The notes under the pieces are model-generated. The model was not told where the DNA came from and searched no databases. It saw only the letters and a list, made by a program, of their open reading frames with translations. Below, piece after piece: positions 50,004 through 61,574 of a DNA stretch of 64,000 bases. Origin of the DNA: Oopsacas minuta (lineage: Eukaryota; Animalia; Porifera). The number at the start of each line of letters is the position of its first letter. Position 1 is the first letter of the stretch. The position numbers were made by a program, and so were the translations under genes. The stretch spans positions 248,001-312,000 of the forward strand of contig JAKMXF010000066.1 in assembly GCA_024704765.1 (NCBI GenBank), given 5' to 3'.

Positions 50004-51293
50004 CTAGAAGCTCTGCATAGAGTTTATTTCATTGTCACTCACTACAATGAGATTGAAGTCTTTATCAAGCGCGAGGCCTTGTGGCAACCATTTAGGCGTA
50101 TCCTTTAAAATATTCGGTTCAATCTCTCCTAACTCAAATCCATCGTTTGCACAAACCAACACGCTGCCAGTTCTGCTATCACCTACAAGGATATTAGTCC
50201 AGGGATCCATGGTGAAGAAGTATGATTCCTGTATCTGATCTTTGTATAGGATAGAGCGAAGTGGGACTCCTTTCAAATTGAAAGTTTTTAGAATAACACT
50301 AGCCTCTGCAAACAGTACATAAAGCTCTTTATTCACTAATTTCATGTCTCGTACTCGTATAGCATCAGGTTCCATAGTGAAATCTATATCAAGGTTGAAG
50401 CTACGTATAAGTTCTAAACTGACGTCATACACATTAATTCTTATAACATAACGCTCACAAATGTAAATCTCCTCATTCACGATGTCAATTGCTATTCCAC
50501 GTAGACTTTGTGTAGTCTTAATAGAGTGTAATTTCTCCATAGAATCAGTGGAGAAATTGATAATAGAATTGTCGCATACAATATTTACAGTGTTTTTATA
50601 CAGCTCGATGGAACAAGGTCTCTTCATGTCATTATCTACTAATGTATTCAACAATTCACCATTTCTATTGAATACTTTAACTTCATCTGATAGATGATCT
50701 GCTATGAATATTTGACCGTTATCCTTTCTAAGTGCTAATCCCATTGGATAGCTAAACATGGCGTTTTCTCTTTTCCCGTGAATTGACATTGTAGGTGAGT
50801 TCCTGAAGGTATAAGCGTGCTGATTAATCTCAATCCTGCAGAGCTGACGTAGGAAAGTTTCGAATTCTGGTTCTTCATTCCAGGATATGTGGACCTCAGG
50901 TAGCATCAATATACTGTATTTGAGTGAGTTTAGGTTAGATTCAATTAGATGGAATATTGAATTAGTTTCCTTGCTATTTTCGGTCTGCTCAAACTTAGTA
51001 GATATTTCTCGTTTTCCTATTTCTACCAGTCTAATGTTCTCTTTAGTATCTGATACAGTTTGATCTATTTTATCAGATATAGATTCTAAATATGATATTA
51101 ATTCTATCTCTTTCTTGTCTAGCATTACTCTCAATTCAGAAAGACCTTCCCTGATCAATTCTTTCTTCTTATTGATGTCTTCTTTAGCCAGATGTACTCT
51201 CTCTTCTAGTCTCTGTAGCAGAGCAGGGGATAATACATCTTCCATACTGTAAGCAAATTGAGCTAGTTCTTCTGAGGATAGATTGCTAGCCAT
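50004..51293 (-). CDS. Coiled-coil + NHL-repeat beta-propeller protein (TRIM-NHL-like, no RING/B-box)
   Basis: N-terminal coiled coil; FSYPMGLAL..IFIADHLSDEVKVFN..G; C-terminal PQGLALD..LIVVSD. Confidence 0.85.
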   Translation of the reverse strand: MASNLSSEELAQFAYSMEDVLSPALLQRLEERVHLAKEDINKKKELIREGLSELRVMLDKKEIELISYLESISDKIDQTVSDTKENIRLVEIGKREISTKFEQTENSKETNSIFHLIESNLNSLKYSILMLPEVHISWNEEPEFETFLRQLCRIEINQHAYTFRNSPTMSIHGKRENAMFSYPMGLALRKDNGQIFIADHLSDEVKVFNRNGELLNTLVDNDMKRPCSIELYKNTVNIVCDNSIINFSTDSMEKLHSIKTTQSLRGIAIDIVNEEIYICERYVIRINVYDVSLELIRSFNLDIDFTMEPDAIRVRDMKLVNKELYVLFAEASVILKTFNLKGVPLRSILYKDQIQESYFFTMDPWTNILVGDSRTGSVLVCANDGFELGEIEPNILKDTPKWLPQGLALDKDFNLIVVSDNEINSMQSF

Positions 51294-51735
51294 GTTTCTA
51301 AATTAATGTAATATTATCTAGCCAACTGAGTTCAATTATTTTGGCAACTGAACTGAAAATTCAATTATAGCTGGATTATAGCTGAGAAGGCGCAACGCCT
51401 GAGGACGGATATGTGGATGTAGTGAAGTACCTGATGTGTCTGAGTATATGAATCCACACTCTACAAAGGGAAATGTTGAAATGATACCAATATATAGGGC
51501 GTATAACTTTAACCATTGCCAAAATAATTGCTTTGTTTGCCAAAATAATTGAATTCATTGCCAAGTTAATGGTGCATCCGTTTCTAAATAGGTAGAATTG
51601 TAATCGAGAATGCCCTTATGAATTCACCAGCAGAGATATATTTCGTGTATTATAATGGTAAAAATAAACAAAATGGAAACTGCAGGGAAAATAGTAGAAA
51701 ATCACTAATAATAAATATAACTAGTATTGGGAAAA

Positions 51736-51942
51736 CTAAAAAGCTATAAGATTACATTTCTTGTTCATTTGAGCTACAATAATTCTATTTAGCTTGTCAA
51801 TAGCTACTCCAAGGGGATGATAAAAATTCTGATCTCCTGGTAGCATATCACTACTGACAGTTTGTAGTACTTCTCCATTATTGGAGATTATCTTTATTTG
51901 CTCTCCTTCCGCTAAAAAGTGCACTAATCGAGTGAGTAGCAT
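51736..51942 (-). pseudogene. Isolated C-terminal NHL-repeat fragment
   Basis: QIKIISNNGEVLQTV...FYHPLGVAIDKLNRIIVAQ parallels the end of 50004-51293. No upstream exons found. Confidence 0.55.
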
Positions 51943-51979
51943 AAATTTTTATAAATAGCAACAAAAACAGATTAATAAA

Positions 51980-53181
51980 ATGGCAAGTAATTTATTTACT
52001 TCTGATCGGCTGACCGTTGAGGATAAATCTACACGGCTCTACAAGTGGATGACAGATCGACCTGATAGCTCAAGTACAGAATTATTACAGGAAGTATATG
52101 ATGAACAGGCTTCTTATTATGATGAGTTGTTATGTGACAAAATGGGCTGGTATGGGTGGAAGGAAGGATCAGAATTCTTCAATGGACAATTAGAGAAATT
52201 CGGGTTCAGTAAAGGTATCCGAATCCTGGATGCTGGGGCAGGGACAGGACTTGTTGGTATGTACCTGTATTACAAAACAGTGGTGCTGGATTATAATTAC
52301 AAAGTTCATAGATTTTAGTTTTGGCATGAACTTTCCAGGTCTGTGTAATGAGCATGGGATAAACTTTGGACATGTCATCTGGCAACACTACAGAAAAATA
52401 AAGCTGTAGTAATTCTCTCTGTAGGTAAGAGACTGTCAGAATTAGGATACACAAACATTACAGCTCTTGACATAAGCCACAAGATGCTAATCCAATGCAA
52501 AGAGGAAGGTTGCTATAAAGAATTTCACCAGTGTGATCTCAATATTGACTCATTGGACGCATATAATAAAGCATTTGATGCTGTTATTGCGATTGGTATA
52601 TTTTCAAAGTAAGGGACAAATCTTTGTAAAGTGCATACAATAATTATATAAAGCTAGTTTGCCACGACTTAAATAAAGGAACAGAATTATACTAAATACA
52701 CAGTCAACTCCTGTAATATCGAAGCTCAAGTGAGGGGAGGTAGCGGAATAATATGTTCGATATAACCCGATCAAATTTATGTTACTTTGACAGTTTGAGG
52801 CCATATTTATATAATTTCAGACTTCGATATAACAGAAGTTGACATGATAATCCCGTTCCTGGCAAGTTGACCGATTATCTAAGCCGAGGCAGCAATTACG
52901 TATAAACATCCAAAGAGAATGAAAATGGGCAGATTAGTACATTGTAAATTCTTAGGGCTTTAGTGCTGCCACAAGGAATGAAGACTTTACATAACTGTGT
53001 TAAGAAAGGAGGGCTTGTGTGTATAAGTTCAAGAAGCAAACATTTTGAAAATTTTGGTCATAAAGCTATGACAGAAGAAATGGTAGCAAAAGGATTCTGG
53101 AAGAATATTGGAAGACAAGATACAGACAACTATTTCACTGGGCAGATAAGTGGTCATTACTTAACATTCCAAGTACAATGA
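51980..53181 (+). CDS. Class I SAM-dependent methyltransferase, METTL27/WBSCR27-like (3 exons)
   Basis: ILDAGAGTGLVG|KRLSELGYTNITALDIS..FDAVIAIGIFSK|..VKKGGLVCISSR, via introns at about 52257-52424 and 52609-52957. Confidence 0.85.
52701..52844. mobile_element. MITE family A copy (intronic)
   Basis: CAGTCAACTCCTGTAATATCGAAGCTCAAG ... CTTCGATATAACAGAAGTTGAC. Confidence 0.8.
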
Positions 53182-53288
53182 ACCAAACTTCAAATAAATA
53201 TATATAAACATATAGATCTAGTATTTAGAGCAGAGCCTACGTTTCTAATAATTCATCCTTATAAATATTTATAGCATACATTATTCTA

Positions 53289-53501
53289 CAGACAACTCCC
53301 GTTATACCGAACAGATGAACACGGATAGCATATCAAAATGCCTGCTTATATTGAAATCTGAAATGGTGCAAATATGGTCTCAATTCCCAAACCATCAGAG
53401 TACAGTGGAACCTGCATAAACTGACACTCGCTGGCTTTGGGATCATCTGTTATATCGAAGTATCGCGGTCCCTTGAGCTTCGATAAAACAGGAGTTGACT
53501 G
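53289..53501. mobile_element. MITE family A copy (TA TSD)
   Basis: TA|CAGACAACTCCCGTTATACCGAAC ... CTTCGATAAAACAGGAGTTGACTG|TA. Confidence 0.85.
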
Positions 53502-53596
53502 TAATTATAAATTCTCATTACTGTTTCATGACCTTTATCTGTAATGCATTTGGTTCTAACTAAATTAGTTATCACTGAAATAATTTCAATTCTGTG

Positions 53597-54841
53597 ATGT
53601 CAATAGAATTGTCTAGTGAGGGTAGCAGCAAAATGAGAGGTGGGAAAAGAAAGCGAGAAAACTTTGAAGGAAATATTTCCAAATCTGTTTCTGATTCTAT
53701 CGATATGAATTCTTCTCTCATGGAATCATTTCGTACATTTAGAGCAGATTTAGATGCACATCAGGATAAATACGAGAGATTGGTTAAAATCAGTAGGGAT
53801 ATAACTATCATTAGTAAGAGGATAATATTCAATCTACACAGATGTGTTGGTAAGTTGTATTCGAATAGTAGCTGTATTTCATTATCTCATACCTATCAAT
53901 AACGTTATCACTTATCGGGAGCAAGGCACACATTATTTGTTCCTGTGGAGCCCCAGCTGTCCGTGGATCACCAAGGGGAGCTCTACCCCGTAAATGTTAT
54001 GGTGTTTAAATATGTTATGTCATGATATATATGTACTATGGCCAGCTAGGAAAAACAGGCAGAAAGAGGCGGTTTTTTTCCGAACACTGATAATTTCGAA
54101 TATTGTAACTTGACAAGTACTTGTATTAACAGGTAGCACAGATAGAGAGGCTATATTTGAAGAATGCGTAACAAAGTTCTCTTCTATCTCTCCCCTGATA
54201 TCATCTATACAACAAGAGACTATGGATCTAGATCCTTACTTGTATGCTAGAGCATACACTAATGGATATCAGGAGTTAGTAGAAGCTCTAACATTCTATC
54301 ATTTCCTTAGGTATTCCTCTCTAGTTAGCTACCAGCACTTATCTCCATTCTTTAAAGGCACTCTCTTAATCATTGATTATGTTCTGGGTTAGTTAATTCT
54401 AACCTGTTGCTATTATACCCTATTATTATATAATTATATGCCTTTTTCCCAAATAATTGTCCGAATTTGCTATTTATTTATGCAAAACTTGGAAAAACGA
54501 ATATAGCAAAGATGTATTATTTGTTTGTATTTAAGCAAGGCATTATGTTTACAGGTGTCCTAGACTTAACAGGTGAAATGATGCGTGCATGTATAAGCTC
54601 TATAACAGCAGGAGATATGGACACACCCCTACAAGTACTATCTTTCTTATCACAGATGAATTTACACTTACAACAATTCCGTCCATTTTCACACAAAGAA
54701 CTATCCAATAAGCTACGTACTCTCAGTACAAGCATGCTTAAGGTAGAGAAGGCTTGTTATAGTCTACATCTGAGAGGATGTTCTGTTGCTTTGATTGCTT
54801 TTGAAGATGATGAGGAGAGAGATCTTACGGATATGTATTAG
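53597..54841 (+). CDS. TSNAX: Translin-associated factor X (3 exons)
   Basis: LDAHQDKYERLVKISRDITIISKRIIFNLHR; middle exon (about 54133-54387) with YQELVEALTF and DYVLG; final exon VLDLTGEMMRACI..KVEKACY. Confidence 0.92.
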
Positions 54842-54926
54842 ATTCAATCAGTGCATAAATATAATATTCCTACAATAGTATATGTAATCGAAAGACACGT
54901 CCTTGGTGTATGTACGTATATCATAA

Positions 54927-55043
54927 GGTCAACTACCGTTATATCAAACACATATCGAAATCTGAAACTGTACGAATACCGTCAAAGTAACATACAAGGA
55001 ATTATCGTGGTTCCTTGAGCTTCGATATAACGTAAGTTGACTG
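54927..55043. mobile_element. MITE family A copy
   Basis: GGTCAACTACCGTTATATC ... GAGCTTCGATATAACGTAAGTTGACTG. Confidence 0.75.
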
Positions 55044-55096
55044 TGCTATGAATTAAATTTATTAACTATGAACTTAAATATTAGCAGACTAATCTG

Positions 55097-56329
55097 ATGG
55101 CAAGGATACCTGATGAGTATGGTGACGTAATAATAAACCTAGAGAACTGCAGAATCCCTAAAGAGAGACTAGAATTAACCCCGTCTATGCGAGACGGATT
55201 AGACTACAAGATAGAGCATCAGTTGAGAATACTATGTTGTGAGAACTTACAGCACTCAGGATTATTATTAAAACTCCCTCAAGTAGCCATGGCTAATGCA
55301 CAAGTATTATTCCAGCGTTATTACTGTTCTAAGTCATTTGTAGTGTATGATTTCCAACACGTATCAATAGCATGTCTCTATCTAGCCAGTAAGATTGAAG
55401 AATGTTATAGGAAACTGAGAGATATCATTAATGTGTTTCATTACGTAACTCAGAAGAAGAGTGGACTAAGCACTGAGCCATTGGAATACGTAGGAGAATA
55501 CTATTTCTATATTAAGAATGAAGTCATAAAAATGGAACGCCGTATATTAAAAGAGCTAGGTTTCTGTGTGCATGTTAAGCACCCTCATAAGATTATTGTA
55601 GTGTACCTGAAGTTCCTAGAAATGGATCAGAATAGAGCATTCGTACAGCGTTCTTGGAATTATATGAATGATAGTCTCCGTACTACTGTGTTCCTACGTT
55701 ATTCACCAGAGACAATAGCAGCTGCTTGTATATTCCTAGCTGCAAGAGTTTTGAGTATACCTTTACCTAAGACACCAGGCTGGTGGGAAGTATTCGGATG
55801 TTCAATCGAGGAGATTGAAGATATCAGTTTATATATTCTAGAGCTATATCAAACTAAGTTACCTTCTCCCGAAGAGATGAAGAGAGAGGTTAAAAAAGCA
55901 CGAGAAACATTAGAAGAGAAAAAGAGTGCTGAAAAACACTTGATAGAGTCTAGTAGCAATAATTCTCCATGTCCGCCATCTCCTAGACACACACAGACCA
56001 CTTATAAACCTCAAAACTCTGATGATAATACAACCAAGCCATCCAGTGGGAGGAAACACTACAATGAAACAGACAGGGATATATCAAACAGGCATGATAG
56101 AGCTAAACACAAACGTTCTCCTGAATCAAGTCCCTCTTCTGGTATACATCATAAATACAAACGGAGGAGTAGTCCGTTACCTAGACACAGACGTAGCAGA
56201 TCTAGATCTTCATCAAGCTCCTCCCCTGATGGTAGATACCGCTCATCTAGTCAGGAGAGATACTACAGGAGTAGTAGACATCTGGTTCGCAGGAGCGGTA
56301 AGACTAAGAGGGATCATTATAAGAATTAA
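55097..56329 (+). CDS. CCNL1: Cyclin L (cyclin boxes + RS-like tail), single exon
   Basis: TPSMRDGLD..E..LRILCCE..Q..G.LLKLPQVAMA.AQVLFQRYY, ACLYLASKIEE, ELGFCVHVKHPHK, WNYMNDSLRT, RS-rich C-terminus. The L1/L2 distinction is vertebrate-specific. Confidence 0.93.
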   Translation: MARIPDEYGDVIINLENCRIPKERLELTPSMRDGLDYKIEHQLRILCCENLQHSGLLLKLPQVAMANAQVLFQRYYCSKSFVVYDFQHVSIACLYLASKIEECYRKLRDIINVFHYVTQKKSGLSTEPLEYVGEYYFYIKNEVIKMERRILKELGFCVHVKHPHKIIVVYLKFLEMDQNRAFVQRSWNYMNDSLRTTVFLRYSPETIAAACIFLAARVLSIPLPKTPGWWEVFGCSIEEIEDISLYILELYQTKLPSPEEMKREVKKARETLEEKKSAEKHLIESSSNNSPCPPSPRHTQTTYKPQNSDDNTTKPSSGRKHYNETDRDISNRHDRAKHKRSPESSPSSGIHHKYKRRSSPLPRHRRSRSRSSSSSSPDGRYRSSSQERYYRSSRHLVRRSGKTKRDHYKN

Positions 56330-56797
56330 GGATGATTACTGCTGTTTGATAATTATTATTACACAATAGTAGATTAGCTGTAATGTCAAGAATTTCTTGC
56401 TTAAATAATTCATTATATCTCTTACCACAGACCCGGTACATGGATACTAAGTTGGCTATACAGGGTGTGGCACTCATTACGAAATACGTATATAGGATAA
56501 TAGGAAATGGGTACAGTGTAAACTCCACAAACAGGGTGAAAGAGACGCTGAAATATGCTACGTTCCCCGTTTCTCGTTGGTGGATGTTCATTTTAAGGGA
56601 CTAGAAACTTGCTCCATTTATTTTTCACTCAGTTTCCACAGTTCTTATAAGCGATAACCAATGTATTATATAATGGCTGGAATGATTTGAAGATAATTAT
56701 CCCTGGATGTTGTAGTGTAAAATTGATAACCTGTAGTATCCATGGTTTCTACTGTGACAAAAGACCATGATATAAAGCTTGATTCGATGAGAGGTGC

Positions 56798-56802
56798 AAA
56801 AA
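56798..56802 (-). terminator. Pol III terminator (T5) of the tRNA gene
   Basis: TTTTT 5 nt after the discriminator base on the minus strand. Confidence 0.7.
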
Positions 56803-56807
56803 GCATA

Positions 56808-56903
56808 TTCCCCAGGAGAGTCTCGAACTCTCGACCTTCGCATTTCTCAGCACGTCAATACTGCTTATAAGTACGACGCTCTAACCAACTGAGCTACTGG
56901 GGA
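56808..56903 (-). tRNA. tRNA-Ile (anticodon TAT) with a 22-nt intron (56865-56844)
   Basis: Acceptor stem TCCCCAG/CTGGGGA; D-arm GCTCAGTTGGTTAGAGC; anticodon arm TCGTA-CT-TAT-A[intron]A-TGCGA; T-arm GAGAG-TTCGAGA-CTCTC. Confidence 0.93.
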
Positions 56904-57234
56904 ACGATAATCAGAAAATTATCACTTTCAGTATTATATACAATTGTGTATTGCATTGAGAAATGCTCCAGCACTGGGGTAATCCCTCATATTCATTTTT
57001 ATATGCCCAGACTACGCTTTTATTACTAAGAAATTCAAGTTTTCGAATTCCTACAATTCGCATATTTACAGATAATTGAAATAACGAGGAAACTATATTA
57101 CTTCCCAAACACAGTACAGATCAATAAATTTGTTCTGATGTATCTATCTAATAATATCCACCTCAATAAATCAAATAATTCATTTCCAAACAGGCAGATT
57201 TGCCTATTTCAAAAAGCATAAGTAATCGGGGATG

Positions 57235-60200
57235 CTAATTTTCTAGAAGTAACAACTTCTTACACAACATAACTCCTTCTATTCGTACTGTACTCTGGTT
57301 TGAACTAATAGCTTCCAATTGGTAGATACACTCCATCTTTAGGGTATATTTCTTCCTGACTAATTTAGATAACCATACTTGAAATTCAGGCAGAACTTCA
57401 GGTCTGATCTCAATTTTACTCTCAGAGAGATTATTTGATATAAGATGAGCTTCAATTGATTCTAGAAGTACCGAATTAATACATTGAGATAGTGAAATGA
57501 TAAATGCATGTACATTTACTCGACTAGTGTTTAGTATTGATTCTTCACTACCATTTGTTTTGAGTCTGTCAATATATTTTACGCCAATTTCAATTGTGTG
57601 GCTGAGCAGACTTGTTTCATGTTTGGGCAGTGATTTTGTCATTGAAATTTCCTGAATAAGTTTGAGAGCTAATTCGAGTATTTGACAACAATATCCCCAA
57701 ATTTCTCCAAAAGAACTGAGATTGTCTTCATAGTCAAAAGATGCAATAAGATTGTATACAAACTTCATAAGATGGTTGTAGAAAACCGTGAATTTATTAA
57801 CCCGAGCTACTTCAAGGTTAAATAAACATGATGCTTCTAATGCTGGGATATCACGTAGTCCCAATAGTGTGAGGTCTGCAGTGAGCGGAATCAAATCATT
57901 AATGAGTGAAAGAATGAAGTTTTGCATCTCAGCAGGTAGTATTAGCGGTACTTCAGAGGGTCCATGCATGTTCTTACGCTTCCTACGTGACGTCACGCGT
58001 ATCTCAGTGATGTCACCAGCTATAGCTAACTCAGGAGGTAGTAGTTTAGCCCAGTTTAAACACGTGACTAGTCTTTCCATTGTAGAAAATGCGATTTCTT
58101 TAGAGTTCTCATTTGCATTCATTGCAAGTATTGTTAGTATTTTGCAGTGTATTCTGAATGCAGAGAGGAGTAGAGGGATTGTTAAGTTCGTGTTATTGCA
58201 TTCTCGTGTGATAAATGTCTCTATTGAATTTGTAACACTACCAAGGGCTTTTGATATTTTGACAAATTCTGGTATATCTTTTACTTGCTTCAATGTTGGA
58301 GGATTTTCAAAAGTAGCTTCTAACAGTTTGAATGTCATTTCAAAAGAGAATTTCGGCTCTGATTTCTTCTTAGACTTACTTTTAACTTTTGTATTTTCAA
58401 ACAAACACTCAATATTATGCAGAAATATTCCCAACAATATTTTCCCCTGATTCCAACGCACGATACAAATAAGTAGAGGTAAGTAATTCTCTGAGGGTGA
58501 ATCAGGATTATATAAAGATAGCATTTCTATAGGATTGTAGCTAAGGACTGGTATTTTATCAGGAGGGATTAAACTAGCTAGTAGGAGAACAGCTGATCTT
58601 GCTTGTGGATCAGCAAAGGCGTTAAAGAATAACGGAATTAGTTGAGAAACTCTGTTAATCAGTGAACCATATATTTCCTCATGTTCTGACTGGGTTAATA
58701 CATCTAATGCGCTGTACCAAAGATAACCAGTTATTTCTAACAGACCCTGCATCAAAGATGGATTATCAATAAAGCTTTGACTAAGAGAATCATTATCTTG
58801 ATCTATAGAGATATTTTCTAAATCAGCTGATTGGTTACTCATACTACTCATATTCTCGGTATCTGTAGATTTTAAAACTCCATTCTTAAGTGAGATTGTA
58901 GTGAGATTAATAAACTTAATAATCTGTAATGGAGTCATGTAGCAGTGTACGAAACTATAAAACTTACGAGCTGTCACCATACTACAGCTATTCAACATAG
59001 ATACTACTCGTGTCATTTGTACCTCCCCGGATTTCTCTACTGGTAGGAAAGATGACATTAAAAGAGCTACGATCTTCATAACAATCTGTGACGAATCAAG
59101 CTCAATACGAGCGAGCAGATGCTCTACAGGTACAATATTCAAAAAGGATATGTGAGTATTTAAATGTTTGATTTTGATAAGAAGATCCACCAGAGCAGAG
59201 CGTACAAGTTCAGAAACATCATGTATATGATTACAGAGAATAGGAAGTATAGGTTCTAGTGCTGGATGCGATAAATTATTCTCTAATAGTCTAGCTAATC
59301 CGTTTATAACGCTAACTCTTACGGCTACTGAATTAACATCAATTGATAATTCTGATACTAATCGAGTTAACAGAGATTTCTTAATATTCCCAGGGAAAAA
59401 CTGCCAATATCCAGAGAGAAGTTTGAAGGAACTTGTGATTGAATTATTCCTCACTTGAGGTGAAGGGTCCATGATAAGGTCTAGGATAATATCAAATTGT
59501 TTCTGTAGAGTTTCGTCTAGTTCCTGTCTCGGCATATCAGGATCTTGTATAGGAAAAGAACTGAAGAAAAATATTGCTGCATTTGTTCTAACAAGATGGT
59601 TCGGACATATTAAAAATCGCCATAGGAATGGCTTGAATAGTCTATACAGCATTTCTTCGACTCCAGACATATGTTTGTTTGTAAAAAATGTTGATACTAA
59701 TAGAAAAACTGTATTGAATATTGCATTAGGACCAGTTCTATGTGCTAGTATACCTTTATATAACAAATCTTGTATACATGCGTATTCTAATTTTTCTCTA
59801 CAGACTCCAGTTGAAATCTTCCATGCATGGAAATATACGTTACCATATATTTCTACAACTTTCTTCTCTGAGGTAGGAACAATTTGGAGTATAGCAAGAT
59901 GAAAATCTAAGTTGAGTGAAGGGTGAATTGAAAATAGAAAAGATAGAAATTTAGAACAATCCTTGTTCTTAAGAAGTTGATATCTACTCGCGAATAATTT
60001 CAAGAAGAATGGTTTCAAAAATTCGCATTGATCATCAGATATATTCATCTCTAATAACCCTTTCCTTATACTGTAGATATCCTTTATAAGTTGGACAGTA
60101 GAGCCTTTTGCTTGTTGAGATTTAACGAGCATGTAAGTGATTAAATTTGGATAGAATCTTTGCTTGTCTGCCATGTTAGTTTTCCACCAATGAAAGCATA

Positions 60201-60633
60201 TTTTAGCTATGATATCTGCTATATCATGGTAAGATTGAGGTAGTGTTAGTAATAGACTGTGTAGTAAGGATGTAGTCTCTTCTAAACGGGGATGAATACG
60301 TTCTAGTGTTGTTACTGCATATTGAATTATGGATGCAATGCAGTGTATTTTGCTTAGCAGAGCTGGTAAAGAAGGAGAATTATCATCTAAACCATCTCTA
60401 TGATTAGCGCCGAGCTCTTTGAGTATATCCTGTGTAGTTTCGAATAAAGCTGTCCAAACTATTTCATGTTGCTTCTTACTCAATGTTTGTAGTGCCTCTG
60501 ATAGATTGAATGTATCAGTAGAATTCTTATGACGAGTAATGAATGAAGATAGAGCTAGAGTAGTGTTTGATTGAATGCTTGATGCTGCTTTGATGAATGA
60601 TTCTCTGTCAGCCTTTAAACTCTTATTGGACAT
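57235..60633 (-). CDS. NCAPG2: Condensin-2 complex subunit G2 (HEAT repeats), single exon
   Basis: 1132-aa ORF with IQDLLYKGILAHR, VEEMLYRLFKPFLWRFL..PNHLVRTNAA..F...FPIQDP, KQFDIILDL..DP.P.VR, DVSELVRSALVDLLIKIK, VP..HLLARIELDS. Confidence 0.93.
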   Translation of the reverse strand: MSNKSLKADRESFIKAASSIQSNTTLALSSFITRHKNSTDTFNLSEALQTLSKKQHEIVWTALFETTQDILKELGANHRDGLDDNSPSLPALLSKIHCIASIIQYAVTTLERIHPRLEETTSLLHSLLLTLPQSYHDIADIIAKICFHWWKTNMADKQRFYPNLITYMLVKSQQAKGSTVQLIKDIYSIRKGLLEMNISDDQCEFLKPFFLKLFASRYQLLKNKDCSKFLSFLFSIHPSLNLDFHLAILQIVPTSEKKVVEIYGNVYFHAWKISTGVCREKLEYACIQDLLYKGILAHRTGPNAIFNTVFLLVSTFFTNKHMSGVEEMLYRLFKPFLWRFLICPNHLVRTNAAIFFFSSFPIQDPDMPRQELDETLQKQFDIILDLIMDPSPQVRNNSITSSFKLLSGYWQFFPGNIKKSLLTRLVSELSIDVNSVAVRVSVINGLARLLENNLSHPALEPILPILCNHIHDVSELVRSALVDLLIKIKHLNTHISFLNIVPVEHLLARIELDSSQIVMKIVALLMSSFLPVEKSGEVQMTRVVSMLNSCSMVTARKFYSFVHCYMTPLQIIKFINLTTISLKNGVLKSTDTENMSSMSNQSADLENISIDQDNDSLSQSFIDNPSLMQGLLEITGYLWYSALDVLTQSEHEEIYGSLINRVSQLIPLFFNAFADPQARSAVLLLASLIPPDKIPVLSYNPIEMLSLYNPDSPSENYLPLLICIVRWNQGKILLGIFLHNIECLFENTKVKSKSKKKSEPKFSFEMTFKLLEATFENPPTLKQVKDIPEFVKISKALGSVTNSIETFITRECNNTNLTIPLLLSAFRIHCKILTILAMNANENSKEIAFSTMERLVTCLNWAKLLPPELAIAGDITEIRVTSRRKRKNMHGPSEVPLILPAEMQNFILSLINDLIPLTADLTLLGLRDIPALEASCLFNLEVARVNKFTVFYNHLMKFVYNLIASFDYEDNLSSFGEIWGYCCQILELALKLIQEISMTKSLPKHETSLLSHTIEIGVKYIDRLKTNGSEESILNTSRVNVHAFIISLSQCINSVLLESIEAHLISNNLSESKIEIRPEVLPEFQVWLSKLVRKKYTLKMECIYQLEAISSNQSTVRIEGVMLCKKLLLLEN

Positions 60634-61574
60634 TTGATGCTAAGAAAATAATTAAATTCTCAACATAGTCAATCTAGAGGATTTTTGTATAAGAGTAAGT
60701 GTGTTTATTCCAGATACACATAATCTACATTCAATGTATTTGTATTGGGTTGTAGAAACAATATAGTGGCTACACAACTACTATTCAAATTTGTCTGTTT
60801 GATTAATATTGTACATAAGTAATAGCAGGCTTGCGTTGTTTGTTTGCTTGTTGTTTTGTTCCACTTGTAAAGGATTAATTTGTGTGCTATATACAATAAC
60901 ATATATTACATGAATAACTGAGGGGCTGAATAAAATTTTAGCATTTTCTAGTTTGTCATATGTAAAATTATTACATTTCAGATTATAAAGCAAACAAAAC
61001 ACTTTGGAACTTGTTCTAAACCGCTTTATATGCGAAATATATCAAGTAGTATGTTGAATACGAATTCCGCATTTTCAAGTTTGTCGTATGAAAATTTGTT
61101 ATTGTTTTTACGAAAATATTCCCAATATTACGTAACTCATAATTAATTAATATTAATTGATATTTTATTAGTTTTTAACCTAATTAGAATATATTAATAA
61201 ATATCAAATTTATGAAATAATAAAATTGGTATTAAAACTGCATTCATTGATTCAAATCAAATTATTATTTAATGAAATGAGCTAATTAAACGCAGTTAAT
61301 ATCGTCACAATGGCAACGTTGTAATTACAGAGCCCATAACTGGTACCTGCTAGACAAAATTAAGTTGTAGAATAGGATAATTATAATTCTACACTTCTAA
61401 TCCCAGTCCATACCATCTGTAATTACAATAGTATTATCCGCATTACTCTGCAGTTTAAACATTCCATAAATCACATTCAATGGCCTACATGTCATAAGCT
61501 GATATTATAGTCAATATCATACCGTATAAAAGATAGATAAAGGATAGCTTTAAGTTATTATATATTCCTGGAAT

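Noticed and set aside
51380-51460. Ankyrin-like peptide (DGYVDVVKYL) on the plus strand
   Set aside because: A single short match flanked by stops, too weak to call.
51293-51990. Divergent neighbours (NHL and methyltransferase genes) both begin MASNL
   Set aside because: The codons differ and no extended inverted homology was seen. Probably a coincidence of a common start context.
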